64,000 bases of DNA from Candidatus Bathyarchaeia archaeon (GCA_038870975.1 JAVZJD010000001.1:896001-960000); one strand, 5' to 3'; positions 11,208 through 21,470 are shown, counted from the first letter of the stretch. Numbers and translations: made by a program. Notes: a model not told the origin generated them from the sequence alone.

Positions 11208-12600
11208 GAATCTCATAGAGAGAATTGAAAGAGCCTTCCTCTTGCTATTAACCCGAAGTTCACATATACATCCAGAATCTCATAGAGAGAATTGAAAGCT
11301 TCGCTGTACGAGGAAGAGAAGAACATTCTGACGGCTATCTGGAATCTCATAGAGAGAATTGAAAGTTCGCAAGGTGGCTGGGCATTCTGACCGTGGACGA
11401 GAAGAATCTCATAGAGAGAATTGAAAGGAATGATGTCGGCGGGAGAGTCGTCTACGGGAGGAGACGGCGGAATCTCATAGAGAGAATTGAAAGAGCTTTT
11501 TAGCGCGTTCTGCTACTTCTCTTTCTCTTGGGAATCTCATAGAGAGAATTGAAAGTTTGAGATTCCGAGCTAGAAGCGCATCTGTAAACTTCCATCCGAA
11601 TCTCATAGAGAGAATTGAAAGAGGATCGTATGAAAGCCAGAATATTTATCGCTCTCCCATCCAGAATCTCATAGAGAGAATTGAAAGTGAGAAAATGGCG
11701 ATGGCAAACCGCGCTGGCAGGCTGATAAGGCAGTATCTCGGAATCTCATAGAGAGAATTGAAAGCTGGCTCAGGCTTGGGCTTTGGAGCCTTGGCTCTCT
11801 CTGAATCTCATAGAGAGAATTGAAAGGAATTGAAAACTCTGATTCCAACGGTCGAAGATGTGTCTAGAATCTCATAGAGAGAATTGAAAGTTATTATGAC
11901 GAGTATGAAGAGGTAAATAACGTACACGAATCTCATAGAGAGAATTGAAAGTTTTAGTCTTTACCTTAATTTTTTCAACCGTCTCTGAATCTCATAGAGA
12001 GAATTGAAAGGACACATATGCTTTTACTGTACAAGTCAAGAGACTTGATTTACCTGAATCTCATAGAGAGAATTGAAAGGATGTATGTAAGCCAGAATAT
12101 GAATTTAACGTGTTTGTTGAATCTCATAGAGAGAATTGAAAGTACTTCAATTTTTAGACATTTTGCACATTTAGATATTTTCTGGAATCTCATAGAGAGA
12201 ATTGAAAGCAAATCCATAAGGGAAGCTTTTAGCTCTAACGGGAGGCTCGAGAATCTCATAGAGAGAATTGAAAGAGCCATCTATCTGCTGAGCTTCCCAT
12301 ATCCGACCTACGGAATCTCATAGAGAGAATTGAAAGTTCTTTCACTCAACTTTTCTTGTATTCATGTTTTCTAGAATCTCATAGAGAGAATTGAAAGTCT
12401 GTAGCTACGTATATCATGTATCCGACGCCTATACCCGCCACGATCCCCGAATCTCATAGAGAGAATTGAAAGCACATTTCTTTTTCCCACGTTATTGCCG
12501 ACAACAGGAGGTGTTGGAATCTCATAGAGAGAATTGAAAGACGTCTGGCTTGAAAGTAGACTAAGCCACAATGATTGAATCTCATAGAGAGAATTGAAAG
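11208..12600 (+). CRISPR. CRISPR array, 22 identical 24-bp repeats (GAATCTCATAGAGAGAATTGAAAG), 21 spacers of 35-53 bp
   Basis: Repeats counted directly; ATTGAAAG 3' end typical of Thermoproteota repeats gives + orientation. Confidence 0.99.
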
Positions 12601-12711
12601 AGCTCCATCAGAAAGACTAAATGGTGACGCTGAGAAGCTTCTCCCACCTCAGAGTAAACCGCGGTCATTCACAAAGAATAACGCTAAAAGGAGTAAGTTG
12701 AAAAACTTAAT

Positions 12712-13791
12712 TTGGAGATTGAGGAGTTAAATCTAACCGTGCTCTTAAACGGTTTAGATATGAACTATACCCCTCTTATGAGAGAGCTTGGTTTAAAATG
12801 GAGAGATAGGGATGGAAGGGAAATAGACAACCTACTAGCATTTTTCAAAGGCAAGGGAGTAAACTGCCTCAGAGTTCGAATATGGTTTGGCGGTTCAGGC
12901 CCCTCAAGACTACCCTATGCTTTAAAACTGGCTGAAGAAGCCTACACTTTGGACTTTAAAATCCAGCCTACGATTTTCCTATCCGATGGCTGGGCCGACC
13001 TTTATAAGCAGCCTGAGCCGAAGGATTGGGCTTCACTTAGCCTCCAAAGCAGATTGAACAAGATTAAATCGTACGTCTCCAACGTCGTCGAATCTTTAAC
13101 GCCTATTATGGATAATTGCGTATACTTCCAGGTTGGGAATGAAATAGACTATGGAATATGCGGATTCTATGCACGCGATGGGAAGAAGAGGAAGAACTTT
13201 GAATGGCTTAGAAAACACGTATGGAAATATGAATCTATAATCCTGAGTGAATCGTTTAAAACCATTAAAACCTTCTGTGGGAAACCCGTCGCCCTACACC
13301 TAGGTAAGTGGTGGGATCTAGAGTTGATATCGTCCTTCCTCTCAGCGATGGATGAATTTAAAGTTGAATACGAAATCCTATGCTTCTCCTTCTACCCTTC
13401 GATGTTTGGAGCAAGCTTAAACCAATTGGAAGGGCTTAGAAAGATAGCTGAAGAAAGAGGGAAGCTTATTGCAATAGCGGAATACGCGTATCCAAGCTGT
13501 CCAGTTAAAGGACAATTCTGGTTTATGAGTAAACCTTCACCCGGCTACTCGTTGACCCCTGAAGGGCAGTCCTTATGGTTGAAAGACTTTCTAACCCACT
13601 GTAAAAGGTTGAACGTGTACGCAACTTTCTACTGGAGCCCAGAACTCTACCTTATGAAGAATCAAATTAAAAAGTTATACGTATCGGAGGAGATGCCTCT
13701 AGACTTCGGCTGGGGGCCGATGTCCCTCTTCGATGAAAAAGGATATGCTAAACCATGCGTGGAATCGCTATCCCATGGTGTAGCGGACTGA
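12712..13791 (+). CDS. Glycoside hydrolase family 53 (endo-beta-1,4-galactanase-like)
   Basis: GVNCLRVRIW, SDGWAD..KQ..P, QVGNEI, SFYP, AEYAYP. Confidence 0.85.
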   Translation: MEIEELNLTVLLNGLDMNYTPLMRELGLKWRDRDGREIDNLLAFFKGKGVNCLRVRIWFGGSGPSRLPYALKLAEEAYTLDFKIQPTIFLSDGWADLYKQPEPKDWASLSLQSRLNKIKSYVSNVVESLTPIMDNCVYFQVGNEIDYGICGFYARDGKKRKNFEWLRKHVWKYESIILSESFKTIKTFCGKPVALHLGKWWDLELISSFLSAMDEFKVEYEILCFSFYPSMFGASLNQLEGLRKIAEERGKLIAIAEYAYPSCPVKGQFWFMSKPSPGYSLTPEGQSLWLKDFLTHCKRLNVYATFYWSPELYLMKNQIKKLYVSEEMPLDFGWGPMSLFDEKGYAKPCVESLSHGVAD

Positions 13792-13856
13792 ATTGAAAAC
13801 CGAGGGATTAGAAAAACATATAGGCATCCCCCCTTCTGGTTAGAAACTGGAGAACT

Positions 13857-14291
13857 ATGCCTAAGACACCTAAGGATCTGGTTGAAGTAGAAGCCTATGC
13901 TCATGCTACGGAGGACCCTTCTAAAGTTGAAGAAGCCGTTAGAAACATTCTACTTGAAACTGTTAGAGATAGAATTAAGCTGGAGAAGACTACGCTCAGA
14001 GGACATTACGGTAATCCGATAATCGTCTACCGTGGTAGTATTGAAAACGTCTCTGAAGAGTTCCTCCTAAGCTTGATTAAACGGATGTCTCCCGAGGATA
14101 GACTCTCCCTTAAAACATCGCTCGATACACATCTAGGTAGGCACAACATTCTATACTTAAGATTCAATAAGCAGGAAGCCTATCTTGGGCGTTTAAAACT
14201 AGACCAGATGGACGCAATATGCTTAAGGTTGAAGTTTAAACCCCACGTTTTCGAAAGGCTTCCAAAACTCATAGAGTCTAAGGAGGGGTAG
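13857..14291 (+). CDS. DUF54 RNA-binding protein of the exosome superoperon
   Basis: HATEDPSKV, GHYGNPI, LRFNKQEAYLG. Confidence 0.9.
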   Translation: MPKTPKDLVEVEAYAHATEDPSKVEEAVRNILLETVRDRIKLEKTTLRGHYGNPIIVYRGSIENVSEEFLLSLIKRMSPEDRLSLKTSLDTHLGRHNILYLRFNKQEAYLGRLKLDQMDAICLRLKFKPHVFERLPKLIESKEG

Positions 14292-14293
14292 AC

Positions 14294-14983
14294 TTCACCA
14301 GAGTTTTCCACGACCTCCACATAGTCTTCAACGAATCTGAGGTCAATCGAATGCTTTCTACGGCTGGGAGACTGGGTTTTTCAGTCGTAGGATTAACCTT
14401 TGAAGACTTCAACGTGAAACCTCTAACTGTTGAACCTCCGGAAAACCTCAAGGTTGTTTGGAGGATTGACCTTACCCACGATAAGGCTCAGCCAAAGACC
14501 ATAGATAAGCTTAGAAAGCTGTTTCCAATAGTGGCTGTTTCCTGCAGCTCTAGAGATCAGTTTAGAGCTGCTTTAAAAACACGTACGGATTTGATCTTTC
14601 AGAAAAAGCTTTTCACGTTAACTCTTTCAGACGTCAGAGTTCTAGCTTCTTCAGGTAAATTCTTCGAATTCAACCTTAAACCTCTAATTTACGCTAGAGG
14701 GTTTGAAATGGTTAAAGCCATTAGAACAATACGTAGAAACATTAAACTCCTGAAGAAGATGGAAATACCGATTGTAATCTCAAGCTGGGCTTCCAACACC
14801 TATGAGCTCACTTCACCTCTTGAGCTTCCCCAGTTTCTAGCTTTAGCAGATGTAAACGTCCAAGAATTCTACCGATGTGTCTCAGAAGAACCCGCCAGAC
14901 TGGTTGAACTGTCTAATTCTAGGCGTATTGGGCTCCCAAACGGCGTTAGAATTCTAAAACGTGAAAACCATGAAGACGTTTAA
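14294..14983 (+). CDS. rnp3: Ribonuclease P protein Rpp30 (start uncertain; first ATG at 14351)
   Basis: FHDLH motif in frame upstream of the ATG, FEFNL, PIVISSWA; superoperon position. Confidence 0.8.
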   Translation, partial: FTRVFHDLHIVFNESEVNRMLSTAGRLGFSVVGLTFEDFNVKPLTVEPPENLKVVWRIDLTHDKAQPKTIDKLRKLFPIVAVSCSSRDQFRAALKTRTDLIFQKKLFTLTLSDVRVLASSGKFFEFNLKPLIYARGFEMVKAIRTIRRNIKLLKKMEIPIVISSWASNTYELTSPLELPQFLALADVNVQEFYRCVSEEPARLVELSNSRRIGLPNGVRILKRENHEDV

Positions 14984-15299
14984 AACTAGATACTTGGCTT
15001 TAAAATTCGAATGCGACGGAGAAATCGATAGAGACGTTTTCTGGAATTGTCTGATTGAAACATACCTACGTCTATACGGTGAATACGGTTTTAGCAAGGC
15101 CAACATTAGACTTCTAGAGTTTAAAGGCAAATCCGCCATCATCTCTGTAGACCACGCGGCTCTACCATATCTTAGAGCCGCTTTAACCATGATCAGAGAG
15201 TTGAACGGCGTTAAGACAATAGTACGAGTCTTAGGCGTCTCAGGCACTATTAAACGTCTTAAGGCCAAATTCCTCTCTGAAAATGTTGGAAAATCATAA
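14961..15299 (+). CDS. rnp2: Ribonuclease P protein Pop5/Rpp14
   Basis: RYLALK, LYGEYG, LRAAL, GVSGTIKRL. Confidence 0.9.
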   Translation: MKTMKTFKTRYLALKFECDGEIDRDVFWNCLIETYLRLYGEYGFSKANIRLLEFKGKSAIISVDHAALPYLRAALTMIRELNGVKTIVRVLGVSGTIKRLKAKFLSENVGKS

Positions 15300-15393
15300 A
15301 ACTTTTTAGGAGCCGATTACATATTAATTTAGACTTCCTCGGATTGATTTTAAAAACTGCATATTGTTAAAACGATAAGTTTGAGGTTGAGAG

Positions 15394-16116
15394 GTGTTGG
15401 AAATGTTCGCAGCACAGGGAGCATACGACAGGGTTATCACAATATTCTCCCCAGAGGGTAGACTATACCAGGTTGAATACGCTGTTGAAGCAGTTAAAAG
15501 GGGAGCCGCGGTTGTTGGATTAGCATGTAAATCATGCTGCGTTCTAGCTGCTGAAGAAAGACCCCCATCTAAACTTTTGGATGAAAATTTCACATGGAAA
15601 ATTTTCAAAATAGATGATCACATAGGTGTTGCAATAGCTGGATTTGGACCAGACGCCAGACTCCTAGTAGATCAAGCTAGGATTTACGCTCAAAGCAACA
15701 AGCTCATGTACGATGAGCCTATAGACGTTGAAGTCTTGGTTAAACGTATAGCCGATATTAAGCAGATGTATACTCAACACGCCGGAGTTAGACCGTTTGG
15801 AGTAGCACTCCTCTTCGGAGGAGTAGACAGATACGGAGCCAGACTATTCGTAACTCTACCAGGTGGAGATTACTGGTGCTATAAAGCCACATCCGTAGGA
15901 ATGGGCAGTGAAGCCGCTGTAGAATATCTAGAAGCAAACTATAAGCCGGATTTAACCACTGACGAGGCGGTAGGAATGGTGGTTAAAGCCTTGGTTAAAG
16001 CAAGCGGAGGCAAAAGTGAAGATAGAAGGTTTAAACTTGCCGTGATCCCGGTTGAAACAAAACAGTTCAGAATACTAACCGATGGAGAAGTCTCAGAATA
16101 CCTTAAGAAGGCTTAA
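15394..16116 (+). CDS. psmA: Proteasome subunit alpha
   Basis: YDRVITIFSPEGRLYQVEYA signature. Confidence 0.97.
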   Translation: MLEMFAAQGAYDRVITIFSPEGRLYQVEYAVEAVKRGAAVVGLACKSCCVLAAEERPPSKLLDENFTWKIFKIDDHIGVAIAGFGPDARLLVDQARIYAQSNKLMYDEPIDVEVLVKRIADIKQMYTQHAGVRPFGVALLFGGVDRYGARLFVTLPGGDYWCYKATSVGMGSEAAVEYLEANYKPDLTTDEAVGMVVKALVKASGGKSEDRRFKLAVIPVETKQFRILTDGEVSEYLKKA

Positions 16117-16130
16117 AGCGGGAATGAAAA

Positions 16131-16820
16131 ATGTCCGAACATCATGTTTTAGCTAGACTACAGATATCTGGTGAAAAATTCGAAGTAATTGTCAACCCAG
16201 ATTTCGCATTAAACTATAGACTCGGCAAGATAAACGATATAGATAAGGTTTTAATAGCGTATGAAATCTACACAGACGTAAGGAAGGGGTTGAAAGCACC
16301 CTCTGAAAAGCTCATGAAGTACTTTAAGACGACAGACGTGAGGAAAATAGCCGACATCATAGTTAAACAAGGAGAGCTTCAGATAACGGCTGAGCAGAGG
16401 AGAAAGCTGATAGAAGAAAAGAAGAAACAGATAATAGCCTTCATAGCTAAAAACTGTATAGACCCTAGGACAAACCACCCCATTCCAGCTTTAAGAGTCG
16501 AACAAGCCATGGAGCAGGTCAAGGTATCTATAGACCCGTTTAAAGAAGCCGAAGGCCAGGCTTTAAAAATCATAGAAGCGTTGAAGCCGATTTTACCGCT
16601 TAAAATCGAAAGAGTAAAGCTAGAGGTTAAAGTTAAACCTGAGTACGCTCCTAAGATGTACAACTTTGTAAAAAGCTACGGCTATCTGGAGAAAGAAGTG
16701 TGGCTTAGCGACGGCTCGTGGACGGCGAACGTAGACATTCCAGCTGGGCTTCAAGCCGAGTTCCTAGATAAGCTTAACAAGCTTACAAAAGGTACGGCTC
16801 AAGTCAGAATCTTAAAGTAG
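16131..16820 (+). CDS. Ribosome maturation factor SBDS/SDO1
   Basis: GELQITAEQRR, IDPRTNHP. Confidence 0.95.
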   Translation: MSEHHVLARLQISGEKFEVIVNPDFALNYRLGKINDIDKVLIAYEIYTDVRKGLKAPSEKLMKYFKTTDVRKIADIIVKQGELQITAEQRRKLIEEKKKQIIAFIAKNCIDPRTNHPIPALRVEQAMEQVKVSIDPFKEAEGQALKIIEALKPILPLKIERVKLEVKVKPEYAPKMYNFVKSYGYLEKEVWLSDGSWTANVDIPAGLQAEFLDKLNKLTKGTAQVRILK

Positions 16821-16833
16821 GTAGGTAGCACAT

Positions 16834-17520
16834 ATGAGTGAACGTAGAATAGTTTTACCCGGTGAGCTTATAGCAGAAGGCGACTACCAGCCTGGTTTAA
16901 ACACCTTCAAACAAGGCGAGAAGATTTATGCGTCTAAAATAGGCGTACTTTCCATAGTTAAACAAACGGTCTCCGTAATAGCCTTACACGGCGTTTACGA
17001 GCCTAAAGTCGGAGACACCGTCATAGGTAAGGTCATAGACGTCGGAACTTTCAGCTGGACTGTTGATATAAAGTCGCCTTATACAGCTGTTTTAAATGCA
17101 TCCGACTACTTCAAAGGTAGGTTTAACCCAGCTAGAGACTCTCTAATCAAAGCTTTAAAGCCTGGAGACATGATAATAGCACAGATTGCAGACTTCGATA
17201 GAACTAAGAACCCCGTACTAACAGTCCAAGGCCCTGGTCTAGGGGTTATAACTAAAGGAGTCGTAGTTGAACTGTCTCCTTCAAAAATACCTAGACTCAT
17301 AGGTAGGAAAGGCTCTATGATAAACCTACTGAAGAAAGAGGGTAGATGCAACATAACAATAGGTAAGAACGGTTTAATCCACATAGTTGGTGAAAAGCCT
17401 GAAGATGAAGAGCTGGTCGCTCAGGCAATAGGAAAAATAGAGAAGGAAGCTCACACAACAGGTTTAACAGATAGAATCATGAGGTTTATGAAGAAAGGGA
17501 GGGGTTTAAATGTCGACTGA
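16834..17520 (+). CDS. rrp4: Exosome RNA-binding subunit Rrp4
   Basis: [33 protein letters not shown]. Confidence 0.95.
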   Translation: MSERRIVLPGELIAEGDYQPGLNTFKQGEKIYASKIGVLSIVKQTVSVIALHGVYEPKVGDTVIGKVIDVGTFSWTVDIKSPYTAVLNASDYFKGRFNPARDSLIKALKPGDMIIAQIADFDRTKNPVLTVQGPGLGVITKGVVVELSPSKIPRLIGRKGSMINLLKKEGRCNITIGKNGLIHIVGEKPEDEELVAQAIGKIEKEAHTTGLTDRIMRFMKKGRGLNVD

Positions 17521-18220
17521 ATTCGTTAGGGCTGACGGTAGACTTCCAAATCAACTAAGACCAATAAAAATGGCCGTTGGTGTACTCGATAGAGCAGATG
17601 GGTCGGCTTACGTTGAACAGGGGAATACGAAGGTCTTAGTTGCTGTCTACGGGCCTAGAGAACTTCATCCAAAACACCAGGCGTCGCCAGACTCAGCCAT
17701 AGTAAGATGTAGATATCATATGGCACCCTTCTCGACTAAAGAGAGGAAGACACCGGTGCCCTCACGTAGAGAGGTAGAACTTTCAAAGGTGATAAGAGAC
17801 GCGCTTTCTCAGGCTATTTTTCTAGAGAATTTCCCTAGGACATCCATAGACATATTCATAGAGGTTTTAGAGGCTGACGGTGGGACGAGATGTGCAAGTA
17901 TAAACGCGTGTTCTCTGGCTTTAGCTAACGCTGGTATACCGCTTAGAGACCTAGTTTCATCTGTAGCCGTAGGCAAATATAAGGGTCAGATAATACTGGA
18001 TTTAAACGATGAAGAAGATGAAAACGCTGAAGCAGATATGCCTGTGGCAATAATGCCGAACATTAATAAGATAACGCTTCTACAGGTTAACGGTGTTCTA
18101 ACGGAGGATGAGTTTAAGCAAGCCCTTGACTTAGCGATTAAAGGTTGTATGGAGATTAATAGAATTCAAAGGGAAACCCTTAGAAGTGTCTACTCAGCTA
18201 TTAAAGGTGAGGAAGAGTGA
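17510..18220 (+). CDS. rrp41: Exosome exonuclease Rrp41
   Basis: ADGSAY, YGPRE, MAPFS, EADGGTR. Confidence 0.96.
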   Translation: MSTEFVRADGRLPNQLRPIKMAVGVLDRADGSAYVEQGNTKVLVAVYGPRELHPKHQASPDSAIVRCRYHMAPFSTKERKTPVPSRREVELSKVIRDALSQAIFLENFPRTSIDIFIEVLEADGGTRCASINACSLALANAGIPLRDLVSSVAVGKYKGQIILDLNDEEDENAEADMPVAIMPNINKITLLQVNGVLTEDEFKQALDLAIKGCMEINRIQRETLRSVYSAIKGEEE

Positions 18221-19035
18221 AGACGTTTAAAGTAGTTTCTCAACTCGTTAGGTCTAGAATGGTAGACCTACTCAAGAAAAACTCCAGAATAGACGGTAGA
18301 GGTCTACTAGACTATAGGGAGATTAAAGTTGAAAAAGGCTTTATAACTAGAGCCGCTGGGTCGGCTCAAGTTTCAATAGGGTCTACGAAGGTCCTAGCTG
18401 GGGTTAAAGTTGAATTAGGCGAGCCTTTCCCAGATATGCCTGATAAGGGTGTTTTAACGGTTAATGCTGAACTGGTTCCGCTTGCATCGCCGGCCTTCGA
18501 ACCCGGACCGCCAGATGAAAACGCTGTAGAACTCGCCAGAATAGTCGATAGAGCTTTAAGAGAAACTGAGACAGTTGATTTAAAGAAACTCTGCATAAAG
18601 CCCGGTAAGAAAGTCTTCGTAGTGTTTGTAGACATATACGTCTTAGATTACGACGGCAATTTTATAGACGCCTCTTCACTCGCCTCAATAATCGCACTGC
18701 TCAATACAAGGATTAGAAAATTCAGAATAGAAGAGGGTGAGCTTAAGTATGAAGATGAGTACATGCCTCTTCCCATAAAACACACGCCTGTCACCATAAC
18801 CTTGGCTAAATCAGAGGATGGACCGTTCATAGTTGATCCAAACCTTGAAGAAGAACTCAGCTTAGGCAATAGAATATCCATCTCTATAGATGAGCTTGGC
18901 AGAATCTGCGGGGTTCAAAAGCTGGAGGGAACACTAACTGTAGACGAAATATTTAAAGCAGTATCTGTAGCTAAAACTGTCGCTCCAAAGCTAATAGATA
19001 TCGTGGTACGGGAGGGTGGCTTAAGTGTCCAGTAA
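18217..19035 (+). CDS. rrp42: Exosome subunit Rrp42
   Basis: [25 protein letters not shown]. Confidence 0.96.
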   Translation: MKTFKVVSQLVRSRMVDLLKKNSRIDGRGLLDYREIKVEKGFITRAAGSAQVSIGSTKVLAGVKVELGEPFPDMPDKGVLTVNAELVPLASPAFEPGPPDENAVELARIVDRALRETETVDLKKLCIKPGKKVFVVFVDIYVLDYDGNFIDASSLASIIALLNTRIRKFRIEEGELKYEDEYMPLPIKHTPVTITLAKSEDGPFIVDPNLEEELSLGNRISISIDELGRICGVQKLEGTLTVDEIFKAVSVAKTVAPKLIDIVVREGGLSVQ

Positions 19036-19276
19036 GCCTAAAAACGCAGGTATGGGCTCAATGAAGGCTAAATATGGGGCTCCACTTAGAAGTAGATATG
19101 TTAGAATTCTTCAGATGGCTAAAAGAGCTTACCAATGTCCTAAGTGTGGTAAACTTAGAGTGAAGCGCGTGAGCGTAGGCATATGGTTTTGCTCAAAGTG
19201 CGGTTATAAATTTGCAGGTGGAGCTTATCAACCCACTACTGAAATGGGTAGAGTTGCTCAACAAATGAAGAAGTAG
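19025..19276 (+). CDS. rpl37ae: 50S ribosomal protein L37Ae (eL43)
   Basis: KYG..LR, CPKC...GIWFCSKC, FAGGAY. Confidence 0.95.
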   Translation: MSSKPKNAGMGSMKAKYGAPLRSRYVRILQMAKRAYQCPKCGKLRVKRVSVGIWFCSKCGYKFAGGAYQPTTEMGRVAQQMKK

Positions 19277-19281
19277 AACCG

Positions 19282-19539
19282 GTGTATGTTTTGAAGCTAG
19301 AGTGTCTAGTTAAGCTTAAAGTAGACCCGAAATTCTTAGAGTCTATCTTTAGGGCACTTTACCCTGAAACCCTACGCGTTACCTCGAAGAGAGTATCTGT
19401 AGCGTTTACGAAATCCGAATATTCAATAATTCTCAAGTTTAACGCTAAAGACCCTACGGCTTTAAGAGCGGCTTTAAACTCCTACTTGAGGTGGTTTTCA
19501 GCCGTTGAAAGGAGTTTAAAATCCATAGATGTGTCGTAA
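19282..19539 (+). CDS. pcc1: KEOPS complex subunit Pcc1
   Basis: ALYPE, AKDPTALRAALNSYLRW. Confidence 0.9.
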   Translation: MYVLKLECLVKLKVDPKFLESIFRALYPETLRVTSKRVSVAFTKSEYSIILKFNAKDPTALRAALNSYLRWFSAVERSLKSIDVS

Positions 19540-19680
19540 ATCCTCGGCGAGTAATAGATTCTCCATAACGCCTTCTTCTGAGCCTTCCAACTAAAACCGT
19601 TCTGTCCTTCATAAAAGGACTTTAAACTTCCTTCTCGGATAAACTTAAAAACGGGTTTAAGTTTAAAAGAGTGAAGTATC

Positions 19681-20490
19681 ATGAGAAACAGCTTACAAAT
19701 AGTCGTTCTGATAAAACAAGTACCTGACATTGGGAAAGTTAAATTTAACGTTGAGGAAGGTAGGATAGATAGAAGCTCCGCTCCATTGGAGACAAACCCC
19801 TTCGATTTGAATGCACTTGAAACAGCCATTCAGGTTAAAGAACAAAACGGAGGATACGTAACAGTTATAAGCATGGGGCCTCCTCAAGCAGAGTCGAGTT
19901 TAAGAGACGCTTTAGCGAGAGGTGCTGATAGAGCCATCCTTCTTACGGATAAGCGTTTCGCCGGGGCAGATACACTCGCCACATCTTACACGCTGGCCAC
20001 CGCCATTAGAAAGCTCGGCTCCTTCGACTTGATAATCTGTGGCGAGAAAACTGTAGATGGAGATACTGGTCAAGTTGGACCTGAAGTTGCTGAGCACTTA
20101 AACATTCCACACGTCGCCTATGTTTGTGAAATTAGGTCTGTAACGTCTGACAGTCTTCTAGTGGTTTCCGATATGGGTGACAAATACTTGATCGAAGTTA
20201 AACTTCCAGCTCTTATAACTGTGACTAAAGATATAAATACACCTAGACTCCCCACTTTGAGAAACGTCCTTAAAGCTAGGAAAGCCCATATTGACGTTTG
20301 GACCGCAGATGACTTAGCCGGCTATGGGGACGCGTGTAGATTCGGCCTTCAAGGTTCTATGACAACTGTATTTAAAATAGTCTTCCCGTCTGAAGAGAGT
20401 AGAAAAGGTTTAATTTTCCATGGAGAGGACGCTGTTGAAAAACTTGTAAAAGCTTTAATCGAAAGGGGGCTTATACCCTGGATCTTCTGA
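19681..20490 (+). CDS. etfB: Electron transfer flavoprotein beta subunit
   Basis: KQVPD, NPFDLNALE, GADTLAT, DGDTGQVGP. Confidence 0.95.
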   Translation: MRNSLQIVVLIKQVPDIGKVKFNVEEGRIDRSSAPLETNPFDLNALETAIQVKEQNGGYVTVISMGPPQAESSLRDALARGADRAILLTDKRFAGADTLATSYTLATAIRKLGSFDLIICGEKTVDGDTGQVGPEVAEHLNIPHVAYVCEIRSVTSDSLLVVSDMGDKYLIEVKLPALITVTKDINTPRLPTLRNVLKARKAHIDVWTADDLAGYGDACRFGLQGSMTTVFKIVFPSEESRKGLIFHGEDAVEKLVKALIERGLIPWIF

Positions 20491-21470
20491 TTAAAGACGG
20501 CGTAATTGTATACGCAGAGCAAGAGAATGGAGTAATACACCCTGTTTCATTCGAACTTCTAGGCAAAGGTAGAGAATTGGCGGATAGGCTTAATGTTGAA
20601 CTTTGGAGTGTCATAGTAGGCTACGGAATTCGAGAAAAAGCCGAAGCACTCATACACTACGGTGCTGATAGAGTTTTCCTCTACGACAATCCAACGTTTA
20701 AAGAATTCGACGTTGTCAAGTATAAACAGGTGCTTGTCGAGTTAGTTAAAGAAGTCAACCCCAGGCTATTTCTAATAGGTGCTACGCCGCTTGGTAGGAG
20801 TTTAGCTCCAAGAGTTGCAGCCGCGTTGAATACTGGTTTAACGGCAGACTGTATAGATATTCAAATAGATGATAATGGTGAAATCGTCCAAATTAGACCC
20901 GCCTTCACTGGGAACATACTCGCCCATATTAAAACTAAAAGTAGACCTGTCATGGCGACTGTTAGATATAGAGTTATGAAACCGCCGCCGAAAGACACGT
21001 CAAGGAGAGGAGAGATAATTGAAAAACAACCTCTACAACTCAGAAATTCGGGACTTAAAGTTTTAGGCAAAGTTGCAGAAAGATCTGTAAACCTTGCAGA
21101 AGCAGACGTCATAGTGTCGGGAGGCAGAGGTTTGAAGAAGAAAGAAGATTTAAACATGCTTAAGGAATTGGCCTCCCTCATGGGAGGTGTTCTCGGTGTT
21201 AGTAGACCTCTCGTCGACGATGGGTGGGTATCTAAAGACCATCAAGTCGGCTTCAGTGGAAACACGGTTAAGCCTAAACTTTACATCGCATGTGGGATTT
21301 CAGGCTCTCCTCAACACATAGCAGGCATGCGCGACTCTGAAGTGATAGTAGCTATAAACATAGATCGAACGGCCCCCATTTTCCGAATAGCTGACTACGG
21401 GATAGTAGGCGATTTATATGACGTTGTACCTAAATTGATTGAAGCGTTAAAGAGGTTGAAAGAAAGATGA
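20478..21470 (+). CDS. etfA: Electron transfer flavoprotein alpha subunit (likely CTG start)
   Basis: GLTADC, GGRG, QVGFSG, GISGSPQH; conserved GVIVYAEQ..SFELLGKGREL lies upstream of the TTG at 20577. Confidence 0.92.
   Translation: MDLLIKDGVIVYAEQENGVIHPVSFELLGKGRELADRLNVELWSVIVGYGIREKAEALIHYGADRVFLYDNPTFKEFDVVKYKQVLVELVKEVNPRLFLIGATPLGRSLAPRVAAALNTGLTADCIDIQIDDNGEIVQIRPAFTGNILAHIKTKSRPVMATVRYRVMKPPPKDTSRRGEIIEKQPLQLRNSGLKVLGKVAERSVNLAEADVIVSGGRGLKKKEDLNMLKELASLMGGVLGVSRPLVDDGWVSKDHQVGFSGNTVKPKLYIACGISGSPQHIAGMRDSEVIVAINIDRTAPIFRIADYGIVGDLYDVVPKLIEALKRLKER

Noticed and set aside
11557-12571. ORFs with repeated NLIERIE / LSILSMRF peptides
   Set aside because: Translations of the CRISPR repeat.
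11232-12576. Self-targeting main-array spacers
   Set aside because: By eye only short (about 10 nt) matches within the window; an exhaustive search was not possible.
13857-19539. RNase P-proteasome-exosome gene cluster
   Set aside because: Established conserved archaeal superoperon.
19540-19620. Possible C/D-box sRNA on the minus strand
   Set aside because: Boxes too degenerate and no rRNA/tRNA target recognised.
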